Shown: piece by piece, positions 1-11,880 of the stretch
Layout of the letters: each line of letters begins with the position of its first letter
How positions within the stretch are numbered: the stretch's first letter is position 1
DNA from: Octopus bimaculoides
Lineage: Eukaryota
Direction of reading: 5' to 3'
Assembly (NCBI RefSeq): GCF_001194135.2
Contig: NC_068996.1
Location: 34,810,499 to 34,874,498, forward strand
Length of the DNA stretch: 64,000 nucleotides
Notes under the pieces: generated by a model
Seen by the model: only the letters and a program-made list of their open reading frames with translations
The model's database searches: none
Told to the model about the DNA's origin: nothing
Made by a program: the position numbers and the translations under genes

Positions 1-40
1 ATTTTGTCCCTAATAATATTATTATATATATATATATATT

Positions 41-376
41 ATCGTCATCATCATCATCGTTTAACGTCCGCTTTCCATGCTAGCATGGGTTGGACGATTT
101 GACTGAGGACTGGTGAAACCAGATGGCTACACCAGGCTCCAATCTGATTTGGCAGAGTTTCTACAGCTGGATGCCCTTCCTAATGCTAACCACTCAGAGA
201 GTGTAGTGGGTGCTTTTACATGTCACCCGCACGAAGGTCAGTCAGGCGGTACTGGCAACGGCCACACTCAAAATGGTGTATTTTATGTGCCACCCGCACA
301 AGAGCCGCTCGAAAGTCCTTACACATGCCGCGGCCACAAGTGCCAGAAAGGCGACGCTGGGCACAGGTGCCATCCC
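41..376 (-). mobile_element. 3' tail of an RTE-type LINE or a SINE sharing that tail
   Basis: (CAT)n tail followed by sequence nearly identical in reverse to 5947-6120, which lies downstream of an RTE ORF. Confidence 0.75.
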
Positions 377-433
377 GATATATATTCGCTCATACACTTA
401 TCATTTTATATGTATATGTGTGTGTTGCATGTG

Positions 434-1566
434 TCTATATATATATATAAAGCTGAAGTTGTGTGTCTTTGTGAAGCCTTTTTAAAAGTGTATAGAAATC
501 CACATTTTCCACTTTTTCGTAAACATTTTTACATCAATGGAATTTTCTCAATGTGAACTTTTCAGTGCAGTAATTAGATTTTTAAAATTCTGTTTACTTT
601 GTGTGATTTAAGGGAGATTTGGCTGTTGTTTCTAGCAACTTTTATATTTCTTCCATTCTACCTGGAACAGCGTTCTTACACACGCGCTCAACAGAGAGAG
701 AAAGTGATACATACAACATCATAAATTAAACTTTCTTCATAACATTGATACGTAAAAACACACACAACCACACATACGTAATCTGTGACAACAACATACA
801 CATTGCTCCCGTTCTCTATCTCCCCCTCTTCATCTCTCGCTCTCTCAAACGCATACACGTGCAAGTACCCAATCATTCAGTAAAATATAACTCATGTTCG
901 TCAATGTTTTGTAAATATATGNNNNNNNNNNNNNNNNNNNNNNNNNNNNNNNNNNNNNNNNNNNNNNNNNNNNNNNNNNNNNNNNNNNNNNNNNNNNNNN
1001 NNNNNNNNNNNNNNNNNNNNNNNNNNNNNNNNNNNNNNNNNNNNNNNNNNNNNNNNNNNNNNNNNNNNNNNNNNNNNNNNNNNNNNNNNNNNNNNNNNNN
1101 NNNNNNNNNNNNNNNNNNNNNNNNNNNNNNNNNNNNNNNNNNNNNNNNNNNNNNNNNNNNNNNNNNNNNNNNNNNNNNNNNNNNNNNNNNNNNNNNNNNN
1201 NNNNNNNNNNNNNNNNNNNNNNNNNNNNNNNNNNNNNNNNNNNNNNNNNNNNNNNNNNNNNNNNNNNNNNNNNNNNNNNNNNNNNNNNNNNNNNNNNNNN
1301 NNNNNNNNNNNNNNNNNNNNNNNNNNNNNNNNNNNNNNNNNNNNNNNNNNNNNNNNNNNNACTTTCTTCATAACATTGATACGTAAAAACACACACAACC
1401 ACACATACGTAATCTGTGACAACAACATACACATTGCTCCCGTTCTCTATCTCCCCCTCTTCATCTCTCGCTCTCTCAAACGCATACACGTGCAAGTACC
1501 CAATCATTCAGTAAAATATAACTCATGTTCGTCAATGTTTTGTAAATATATGATTTTCACTAGGGT

Positions 1567-1597
<31 letters not shown>

Positions 1598-2370
1598 ATT
1601 AGTGTTACGGTTACGGTTTTAGGGTTAGGGTTACAGTTAGGGTTAGGATTAGTGTTACGTTTAGAGTTTTAGGGTCAGGGTTAGGGTTTTAGGGTTAGGG
1701 TTAGGGTTTAGGGTTAATGTTAGGGTTAGTGTTAGGATTAGGTTTAGGATTAGGGTTTGGTAATCGTGCGGGTGTTAATCTGAAAAATTACAGATATGTG
1801 AAAAGTACCGACCCTGCCATCTATTATAACTTTTGTTGTTCTGTTTAATATATACATAGATTATGCCTCCAAACAAGAGAGTTTGCTGGGGAAAGAAAGC
1901 AACCGGTTTAAAATGACAGCAACAGACTGCAGCAATTCACCACATTCCAGAAGCTACTTTGAACATAATGCAAAATGGTGCATCAACATCTTCTGCTCAA
2001 TCTGATAGAATTCTGGCAAAACTGTGTAGCAACAGATCGCCAGCAATTGCTTCATCACAAATTGCCGTCCTACCTCTTGCGAAAAGGGATTACCCTGCTA
2101 TGTATAATCAGGGCAGCGCAAAAAGTTGTTTTGCACAAGTATTTCTATAGCCAATTAGATGGAGGAAATTTACGTACGCTTAATAATGTTACGCAAAACA
2201 GCCTTCAGACTTTCCCTATTAATTTCATCGTCTTTTGAATTATGAACATATTTATATCATAAGGGTTTTTTCGTTGTAAGGCTTTCTTTTTTAGTTGATT
2301 TTCACCTAGCAAGACTTATCGTAGATGGCGTAATAAGTCACACCTGGACAAGGTCGGGTTATATTGCTCG
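434..2370 (+). mobile_element. Non-autonomous Helitron, copy 1, with internal degenerate TTAGGG tract
   Basis: 5' TCTATATA..AAAGCTG; 3' imperfect hairpin CCTGGACAAGGTCGGG then CTCG|T (CTAG in copy 2); homologous along its length to 19939-21875 in reverse. Confidence 0.8.
1561..1757 (+). repeat. Degenerate telomere-like (TTAGGG)n tract inside Helitron copy 1
   Basis: TTAGGG units mixed with TTTAGGG, TTAGGA, TTACGG and TCAGGG variants. Confidence 0.95.
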
Positions 2371-2624
2371 TATATATATAATATCATTATCATTTTAATG
2401 ATCACTTTTCCATACATATTTGCATGGGTCAAACAGAATTTGATGACACTAGATGCTCTTCTTATCACAAACTGTCATCTCATTCCCAGTAAGGAAACCA
2501 GGCATATTTCCACAGAAGATTGGAAACAAAGGACACCATTTGCATGATGTGATAGTTGTTTACAACTGTCATGCAATGTCAAGATAAGAAGACAGTAAAA
2601 CACACACACACGCACACACACACA

Positions 2625-2657
<33 letters not shown>

Positions 2658-3186
2658 GATGGGTTTCTTCTGTTTCCTGCTATCAAATCTGTTCACAAGA
2701 CTTTGGTCAGGTCAGGGCTATAGTAGAAGACATTTGCCCAAGTTGCCAAGTATTGTGACTGAACCTGGAGCCATGTGATTAGGAAGGAAACTTCTTCCTG
2801 CACAGCCATCATCACCATCATCAATGTTTTAATGTCCATTTTCTTGGAATTCGTTGAGACAAATTTTCTACAACCAGATGCCCTTCTTATTGCCACCCAT
2901 CATCTATTTCCAAGCATGTTTAATATTATATATGTATATTTGTGTGCGCTATACTATACTACGGAAGATATCTGTAGATTTTAGCCAACACTCATGGACA
3001 TAAATACTTTAATCTTTATATACAGGCACAAGTATAGCTGTCTGGTAAGAGGTTTGCCTCCTAACCATTTGGTTCTGGATTCAATCCCACTGCTTGGCAT
3101 CTTGGCCAAGTGTTTTTCACTATAGCCTCAAGCTGACCAAAGTCTTGTCAGTGGATTTGGCAGATGGAGACTAAAAGAAGTCCATC

Positions 3187-3226
<40 letters not shown>

Positions 3227-5019
3227 GTGTATGTGAGTATGTCTTTGTGTCCATTTGTCCCCCATCACCACTTGACAACCAGTGTTGGTGTGTCTACATC
3301 CCTATAACTTAGTGGTTTGGCAAAAGAGACTGACAGGATAAGTGCCAAGGTTTAAAAAAAAAAGGTGCTTGGGTCGATTAGTGTGACTAAAATCCTTCAA
3401 GACAATGCCCCAGCATGGTTGCAGTCTAATGACTAAAACAAGTATCATAGCAGACAGATAAAGCGGAATCAGCAGGACTAGTTTCATTTCTGTCTAAGAT
3501 CTTTATCAATGACTCTTTTAGTGTCCACACTAACCCCACTGTTATGAAGGGATTATGTAAATTAGTGGGACCTATGAATATTTCACAGAATTAATGGTAA
3601 ACTTATTGGGTTATTTCTGTAAACTTTATCCAAAACACTTGAAAGCATATCCTGTGTTGTGTCTGTATCAAAAGATAGTTGCTTATCTGCCAATCATTGA
3701 AAAGTGAAGGAAATTGGAATACAATGATTATTTAATGCACTTTATATATACACTTTATGTACTTTATACACAATTTTATAAACTTAATACATAACACTCT
3801 CCCTCTTTCTCTCTCACTCTTTGCCTTATTCTCTTTTTCACTCTCCTTTTTCTTTCGCTCTTCGCCATTACCTTCAACTAATCACATGAAAGCATTACAG
3901 GCAGGCTATCTAACAGAAGATTAAAACTTGGTTAAAAACAAAAATTACTCATTTCACTCACCACTACCTCTCCCTCCTAACCCTAACCCTAATTTCCTCC
4001 TCCCCTCCCACCGACCCCTCCCCCACTCAACTAATCATGTGGAAGCATTATAAACGGGCTAGGTAACGGAATGACAAGCAGAATTATTATAAGATTGGAT
4101 AAACATGCATTTGTACAATTGCTCTGAGTAATAAATTATTGGTGTTTTGTTTCAATGCTTTATTGTACAACATAATATCTAGTGGTATATTTTAACCAAT
4201 ATTAGATAATAGATAGGTGCATAGCCTAGCAGTTTAGGATGTTGAAATCATGATGGCAAGATTGTGGCTTTGATTTCCAGTCTGGGTGGTACATTGTGTT
4301 TTCAAACAAAACATTTTATTTCATGTTGCACTGCGATCAGTTTGACAACCAAAGTATGACACACTATGCTGCATCTGTACAAGTAATGTTGATTTGATGG
4401 AGAGAGTGATCTAATGTACGGCTATAAAAATATAGTCTGTGCAGGTCATTCAGCAAGAAATTGCAGAATTGTCTTTCTCAGGCTTGAGAGACTACAAAGC
4501 AGATGTAAAAGACAGATGTAAACACCTTCTCTGTGTATATTCAATATCTTTATGGATTTACTTCAGTCTTTAGTTGATTTATATGCAGTGTTGCTGTTGG
4601 GTGTTTGAAAGGAGAGAGTACTCAGTTATTGATGAAGTCCCAAGCAGGACTGAAACTATTCCTGTTGATCCCTTCCTCTGCCCACAAAGATGCTGTATAT
4701 TAAGTCAAGGCATGTATATCTGTCTATATATGCAGTGTTGGCCAAAAATGTATTGATATATTCTGTATTACAGAATACCATTGAAAGAGAAATACTGATA
4801 ATACATTAAGGATTTATAGACTTTTTACATAAATAGCTGCAGGCATAGCTGTATGGTTAAGGAGCTTGCTTTCCAACCGTCTCACTGCACATCACTTTGG
4901 GCAGGTGTTTTCTACTATAGTCCTGGACTAATCAAAGCCTTGCAAATGGATTTGGTAGATGGAAGCTGAAAGAAGCCAATCATATATTTGTGTGTGTGTT
5001 GGCAGAGTGGATCTCAAAT

Positions 5020-5228
5020 CATATAAAGCTATAAATCATAGCATGTAAATATTGGGTTGAAAAATTCTTTTGGATTGAAAATTTTGAAAGTCTGCCTGTA
5101 GGACTCGAATAGAACAATTGTCATGTCTACAGATGTGGGCTTGAGTCTCATGGGCAGCCTTTGAATTTTATTATCGAAATGGATTTTTCAACCCAATATT
5201 CACATGCTACTATTTATAACTTTATATG
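5020..5228. repeat. Head-to-head inverted pair of tRNA-derived SINE fragments
   Basis: Arms about 5020-5109 and 5140-5228. A single copy with A and B boxes lies at 53153-53265 (minus) and a deleted palindromic version at 30750-30806. Confidence 0.75.
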
Positions 5229-5333
5229 TGTGCTTCAAGATCAATTATTCCAAAAAAAGAATTATTTTGTCCTCATTATTGTCCTATCAAAAGTTCATAA
5301 AATTCTTATGACGTCAAATATATATATATATGA

Positions 5334-6120
5334 GAGAAAAGCTGAACATTAGAAGCATCAGTTGTGGTGTGCAAGAGAGACGATTGCGCTGGTATGGACA
5401 TGTGGTGAGAATGGATGAGGATAGCTGCGTGAAAAAGTGCCACACCCTAACAGTTGAGGGAACCCGTGGAAGAGGTAGGCCCAGGAAGACCTGGGCTGAG
5501 GTGGTGAGGCAAGACCTTCGTACATTGGGCCTCACCAAGGCAATGACTACTGACCGAGACCTTTGGAAATGTGCTGTACGTNNNNNNNNNNNNNNNNNNN
5601 NNNNNNNNNNNNNNNNNNNNNNNNNNNNNNNNNNNNNNNNNNNNNNNNNNNNNNNNNNNNNNNNNNNNNNNNNNNNNNNNNNNNNNNNNNNNNNNNNNNN
5701 NNNNNNNNNNNNNNNNNNNNNNNNNNNNNNNNNNNNNNNNNNNNNNNNNNNNNNNNNNNNNNNNNNNNNNNNNNNNNNNNNNNNNNNNNNNNNNNNNNNN
5801 NNNNNNNNNNNNNNNNNNNNNNNNNNNNNNNNNNNNNNNNNNNNNNNNNNNNNNNNNNNNNNNNNNNNNNNNNNNNNNNNNNNNNNNNNGGCACATAAAA
5901 GACACCATTTCGAGCGTGGCTGTTCTCGTGTGGGTGACACGTAAAAGCACCCACTACACTCTCTGAGTGGTTGACGTTAGGGAGGGCATCCAGCTGTAGA
6001 AACTCTGCCAAATTAGATTGGAGCCTGGTGTTGCCATCTGGTTTCACCAGTCCTCAGTCAAATCGTCCAACCCATGCTAGCATGGAAAGCGGACGTTAAA
6101 CGATGATGATGATGATGATG
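5334..6120 (+). mobile_element. 5'-truncated RTE-clade LINE: ORF C-terminus and 3' UTR with (GAT)n tail
   Basis: RRLRWYGHVVRM..EGTRGRGRPRKTWAEVVRQDL is the typical RTE C-terminus; spans an N-gap. Confidence 0.88.
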
Positions 6121-6746
6121 ATATATATTTGACGTCATAAGAATTTATCCCTTTTATATATATATAAAAGCTTTTATATATATATAAAAGGGATAAATTA
6201 TTCTGGTGGATATTGCATTATCTCACAGAATGGTATAGATGCTGATTATCCACAACAGTCCAATTACATAGTATGCAGGCTTAAATAGATACTGATACTC
6301 GTAAGCTTCACTTGTTGGGTAGTTCCTTGTTCCTATTAGTGGAGATTTATTAGCATCCAAAACTTTTTATTAAAATGTTTTCTTCAGCATATATAACAAT
6401 GACCAACATATGTTTCTACTGCAGCAACTGTACATCGCTCTGTATGCAATTTTATCAAGGGTCCATCACTTACGATGTTTTCAAAGTGAACTAATTCAAA
6501 CAAGTTTACTGGGTTGGCATTCAGTTGAAGGTGATAGCGTTACTTTTTAAATCGAATTGAATTCTGGTCTTATAATCACCTCTACTGGTATTACAGCTGA
6601 ATCGTGGTTTTAAAATGTTTATTTATATTATAATTAATTGTAGCAGGTTTGTTTATATATATGTTATTAGATAAATAAAACATATAGTATACACCTGGTA
6701 GCTTACAAGTAAAGCAGGTTCACTTTCAGTGTTTGTTGGGTATTTG

Positions 6747-6982
6747 ATTAATGAGAGAGACAGAAGATGCAAGATGCAAGAATGTTTATTGATCACTACA
6801 ATTGTTTCGACCCATCTAGCATCAATCCCTCACATCAAAACAGTTGACATCTACACCAACAGATACTCCTAAACCAGTCGTTAAGTATCCCACCCATGAA
6901 GGACCAATGCTAGATGGGTTAAAACAATTGTAGTGATCAATAAGCATTTTTGTATCTTCCATCTTCTGTCTCTCTCATTAAT
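6747..6982. repeat. Inverted repeat (76-bp arms) of PLE-terminus-like sequence with decayed HHR
   Basis: Arms 6747-6822 and 6907-6982; the outward-reading GGTCGAAAC-AATT-GTA-GTGATC-AATAAA is intact on the left arm. Confidence 0.8.
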
Positions 6983-8804
6983 AAAATGTGTGTGTGTGTA
7001 CCTTTGTCTAGACATCACATGATGGTTGTAAATGAGTGTCACTGACATGCAAGCAGTGTCATTCATTTCCAATATTCTGCAAGAACATGTCTAGCTATGG
7101 AGGATGCAACAAGGGGGATGAGAGGTGGAGAGATAAGAGGGTCAGGAATACCCGTGTGGAGGAGATACAAGACCAGCTGATTCCAAAGAACAAAAGCCAT
7201 TATAGTGATAGTAGACAAAACAGAAAGAGGAAACTATATTTTTAATACGCACGTGTGCGCGCGCACACACACACACACACACACACGCAAAAAGAGGCAG
7301 ACTGATAGATTGGATTTTATAGAATGGGAAATAATCTTGAAATGTCATCGAAGTATATTCATAACAGTGGTATCACTTTGATAATATGACTCTGTATGTG
7401 TGTGTGTGTGTGTTAGCACCACTACACAATAAGTTCATTATTATTAGGCAACTATCGTCACTACACAGTCGTGTATGAATGCTAGTTGATTAGTCCTCTA
7501 TAGTTGGTAGAAAGCTGTATATTACTGCATTTGACAACTAGTTGGTAGATAGATGTTATGTAGGTACATTAGTGCTGCTCTCTATAGTAGCTAGAAAGAT
7601 ATATATATATATATATATGTTAGTGCAGTCATACTCTATGCTAGCTAGATAGGTTTGGGTTAGTCCCTTAGTCTATAGTAGTTAATTAGATGTGTATGTG
7701 TTAGTATATTAGTCTTCTTATAATAGCTAGATAGGTGTGTATATGTTTAGGTGGTTATGTCTGGTGGTTATGTCTGTTATTTCATCCACACTTCAATGTC
7801 ACATCTCCACTACACATTTTTCTGCTTACCACTGGATTGAAAAGGGTTCTTGTATGTAGTCACTTAATATATTAGAAATAGCAGCCAAATTCCTGTATGA
7901 TATCTAATATTAGAAAAGACAGCATGTCTGGAAGGTGTTTGATCATTGATTCATTTGCTAGACAATAATATTTCACTCCCTGATCAACTGCAACCACCTG
8001 TCTTCTATCAGTAAAAACTGCTAATGGTCAGTCTCTACATGGAGACAGATCTTGCTAAAAATAGTAGCTAGACCTCAAATAACATAATCATCTTTAAAAA
8101 AAACATCAAATAATGCAGTCCTAAGCACTGTCTTTAAGATTGACCTGGGGCTAAACAACAACATCTATAGCCACTGAAGCTAACTTCTTTATTGTACATA
8201 AGATAATGTAGTCCTGGATTCACTATATCTGAATAAAATGTGGGATGATCACAGCTGTAACATCTTTAATCATAGTTTTGCAAGATCAAGACTGCTTGGG
8301 TTTAAGCAGCAACAACAGCTATAGCCACTAATACTAACTACTATACTATACATTAGATAATGTAGTCCTAGATATACTGTGCCTGAATAAAAGATGGGAT
8401 GGTCATGTTTGGAACATCTCTGATCATATGCCTGTTGCAAAAGATCTTTGCCTTTCTCAAGTTTTCAATTCTGTAACCACCTCCATCTCCCCCACAGTTG
8501 TTGTTTTTCACCATTTTCTCACTTTGTCAATCTCTCAAATTCTTCTGTGTGAAACCATTTTGTTTTCATCCCTCTATATCTCTATTCCTCTTCCTTGATT
8601 CTATACTGTGCAGGTGGCACATAAAAAGCACTCACCTCACTCTGTAAAGTGGTTGGTATTAGGAAGGGCATCCAACCATAGAAACCTTGCCACAACAGAC
8701 TATTGGAGTCTGGACAGCTCTCCGGCTGGCCAGCTCGTATCTAACTGCCCAACCCATGCCAGCATGGAGAAGACATTAAACAACAACAGCACCTGAGAAA
8801 TACA

Positions 8805-9035
8805 TTAACTTTTTTTTTGCCATATTTGTGTTAAAGTACAACCTGCTTAATTACAAATAATTTTGAAAATAAATAAAGAATTTTGTAAAATAATTTTGTC
8901 ATTATTAAGTTGGTGTTTGGGACATAAATTAATGTGAAGTTTTGATGGAAATTTTAAAATTCGGTCACTTTAAAACAGAAAGTTTGTATCATAGAACTAG
9001 GTGTGGTCTGAGGTGGATGCTATCAAAATGGTTAA
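8805..9035 (+). mobile_element. piggyBac-like MITE family 2 (TTAA-flanked)
   Basis: Related copies end at 10541 (AAAAGGGTTAA) and at about 35140-35366. Confidence 0.55.
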
Positions 9036-11496
9036 AAGGTGCATATGCTCTAATACAAGATGGGTTGTACCTATAGTTTACAAATCCAGCATTATCACAT
9101 ACATATAATATATCATCATCTTCATTTAATGTCTGTTGTCCATGCTGGCATGGGTTAGATGGTTTGACCAGAGCGGGTACACTGGAAGGCTGCACCAGAC
9201 TCCAGTTTGATTTGGCATGGTTTCTATGGTTTGATGCTCTTTCTAATACCAACCACTCCAAGAATGTAATGAGTTCTTTTATTTGCTACTGGTATGGATG
9301 CCATTTGTGTGACACCAGTATCTTTCATGATTGCAATTTTACTTGGCATGATGGGTCTTTTTCTCAAGCACAACATAATGCCGGGGTCTCATCGTTTTGT
9401 GTGTGTGTGTGTGTGGTTTGTGTGTGTGTATGTGTGTGTGTGTGTTACTGTCTCCTTGGCTAGACTTCATGCGATAATTTTAAATATGTGCCGCGATCAT
9501 GAAAGCATTGTCTCATATTTCCAATTTTCTGTGAAAACATGTCTGGTCATAGAAGAATATTACCTTACTTTAAAACAGGTGAAAGTTGGCACCAGGAAGG
9601 GCATTCAGTCAAAGAAAATTCGCCTCAACAAATTCCATCCGACCAGTGCAATCATGGAAAAGTGGATGTTAAAATGATGATGATGATGATGATATACATT
9701 TATATTTTATGAATATAGCATTCAAATGTACCTTTATTGATCTAGGTCTACAAGTGGAGAATTTCAATCAATATCTACAAAATAAGCAGCGCAAATTTAA
9801 TATTACACTATGTTTTTCAACAAATAGCATCTCGTTGGATAAATTAGAGATCAGTTTCACTGATACATTCAAGTGGTCTTTGCTCATCTCAGGACTTTGA
9901 TGCCTGTCACTCTATCTCAATAGGCTACCTTCAACATTCTTTTAAGGCATTACATCTCTGCCACATCGTTGATAAGTTTTTTTGCATTTGTCTGTTATGT
10001 TCCAGGTCACACAGCCATATATAAATATGGGTTCTATGTATGCCCTTAGGATTTTGTTTTTGTTTTATTGATAGTCACTCATTAGACAATATATATGTTT
10101 GATCTCACCGAAAACAGCCACATATGTTTTAATACAAATACAATCGCTAGGTTGCTCAATTAATCAAACAACAGACATTCATTCATAAACTGATTTGTTA
10201 TCATATTTCTGTTGTTTAAATGTTGAAATTTTTTTTCACAGCTTTCATGGATTCCCATGACTCCCTGTTGCCATCCAATTCCATTATTATGAATTTGAAT
10301 TGGTAGCTTGAGTCACAGTGAATCTGTCATTAGTTGATTATACAACTATGGTTGAACGTTAAAGTAATTTTGGAAATAATGAAGAATTTAGTAAAGTACT
10401 TTTACATTAATTAATCTGGTGTTTGGCAGATAATTTAACATGAGATTTTGATGGAAGGTTTGGATTTAGGTCACTTTGAAATGGGAAATTTGTATCATAG
10501 AACTGGGGCAGTTTCAGATGATTTGATATCAAAAGGGTTAAAACCAACACAAGATTGGTTTCCTACATTCCACCTATAATTTTGGCATATCTGATTAGTC
10601 GTAATTATGTAGTTAGCCAGTTTGAGGGATTTAATACAGTTTTACTTTGAACGAATGACATACGTAAATTCATTATATTTTAGTCTCTCTACACATATTT
10701 AACTTTTATAATTAGTTTGTAGATTCTCTTTTAATATCTTGTTAAAGGAAAAAAAACTGATCTTGTTAAGCAATACTTGACTAATTTCATATTTTGGAAA
10801 AGATTTATTTAGTATTTCTTGTTGTTGTGAAGCAGATACTTTGTGCTTGTCTCTATTTTTTGACAGACCAGTCTGCTGCTATCAGATTGACTGAACAACA
10901 GGAATATTATAGTAATGCATGTAATCTCAATTAACAATGAAATTATACAAGGATTTTGTAATCATCTTGCAGACACATGCACACATGTACTCTTTCTCTT
11001 TCACACTACACATATTCTCCCTCTCTCCCACATACATACACACACTTACACAGTCTTTCACACATGCGCACACACACATAAACACATGCATGCTCACATA
11101 CACATGTACACTATCATACATAACATGTACACACTCTGTCACATACACTCGTACAAATACATACACACTCTCTCTCTCTTTCTCTCCCTCTTTCATACGC
11201 ACACATACACACATTTACATGTTCAGTGCAAAAGGTATTTCATTTTTGTCAGATAAATTTGAAGACAGTTTTCAATAAAATTATTATAAAGTTAATGTGC
11301 TGGACCAGTGGCCACATGATATTGAGTTCAAGCTTTGCTATTGTCAACACTGTGTTATGTTCCTGCATAATGTGCCTTGTTCCAAATGTATTCCATCCAC
11401 TACTTCAACATTTCATAGTTTGAATGATTATCAAGAAATTTATTTTTTAAAGGCAATTGTTCTGCTCAATAGCTATATATGGAAATGGACACCAAA

Positions 11497-11880
11497 ATGA
11501 CACGTCTAATCAGGGTCCTCACCCATTATAAGTAACACATCTGATCTCAGTCTCTACCTATTAAAAGTAACATGTTTAATCTGGGTCCTTGCCTATTAAA
11601 AGTAACATGTCTGATCCCAGTCTCTACCCATTAAAAGTAGTCCCGACACCAGTCTGCCCATTAAAAACAACACGCCCATCTGAATGCCTACCCATTAAAC
11701 GTAACAGGTTTAATGTGAGTGCATACCCATTAAAAGCAACATATCTAATCTGGGTCCTTGCCCATTAAAAGTAACATGCCTGATTTCGGTCTCAATCCTT
11801 TAAAAGCAACTTCTGATCTGTCTCTGCCCATGAAAAGTAACATGTCTAATCTCAGTACTTACCCATTAAAAGTAGCATAC
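11497..11880 (+). repeat. About 35-bp minisatellite, about 11 degenerate units
   Basis: CCCATTAAAAGTAACATG recurs at about 35-bp spacing (11522, 11557, 11592, 11627 ...). Confidence 0.9.

Noticed and set aside
1561-1757. True telomere or chromosome fusion site
   Set aside because: Short, degenerate and embedded at the same position in two copies of a mobile element.
10915-11278. ORFs rich in HT, CV, YI, poly-V, poly-T or poly-L (also 27499-27904, 33180-33472, 42486-42707, 62467-62721)
   Set aside because: They are translations of CA/GT/TA/TAC microsatellites with no coding signal.
11497-11880. CRISPR-like array
   Set aside because: Eukaryotic context, the variable parts are homologous to each other rather than unique spacers, and no cas genes are present.
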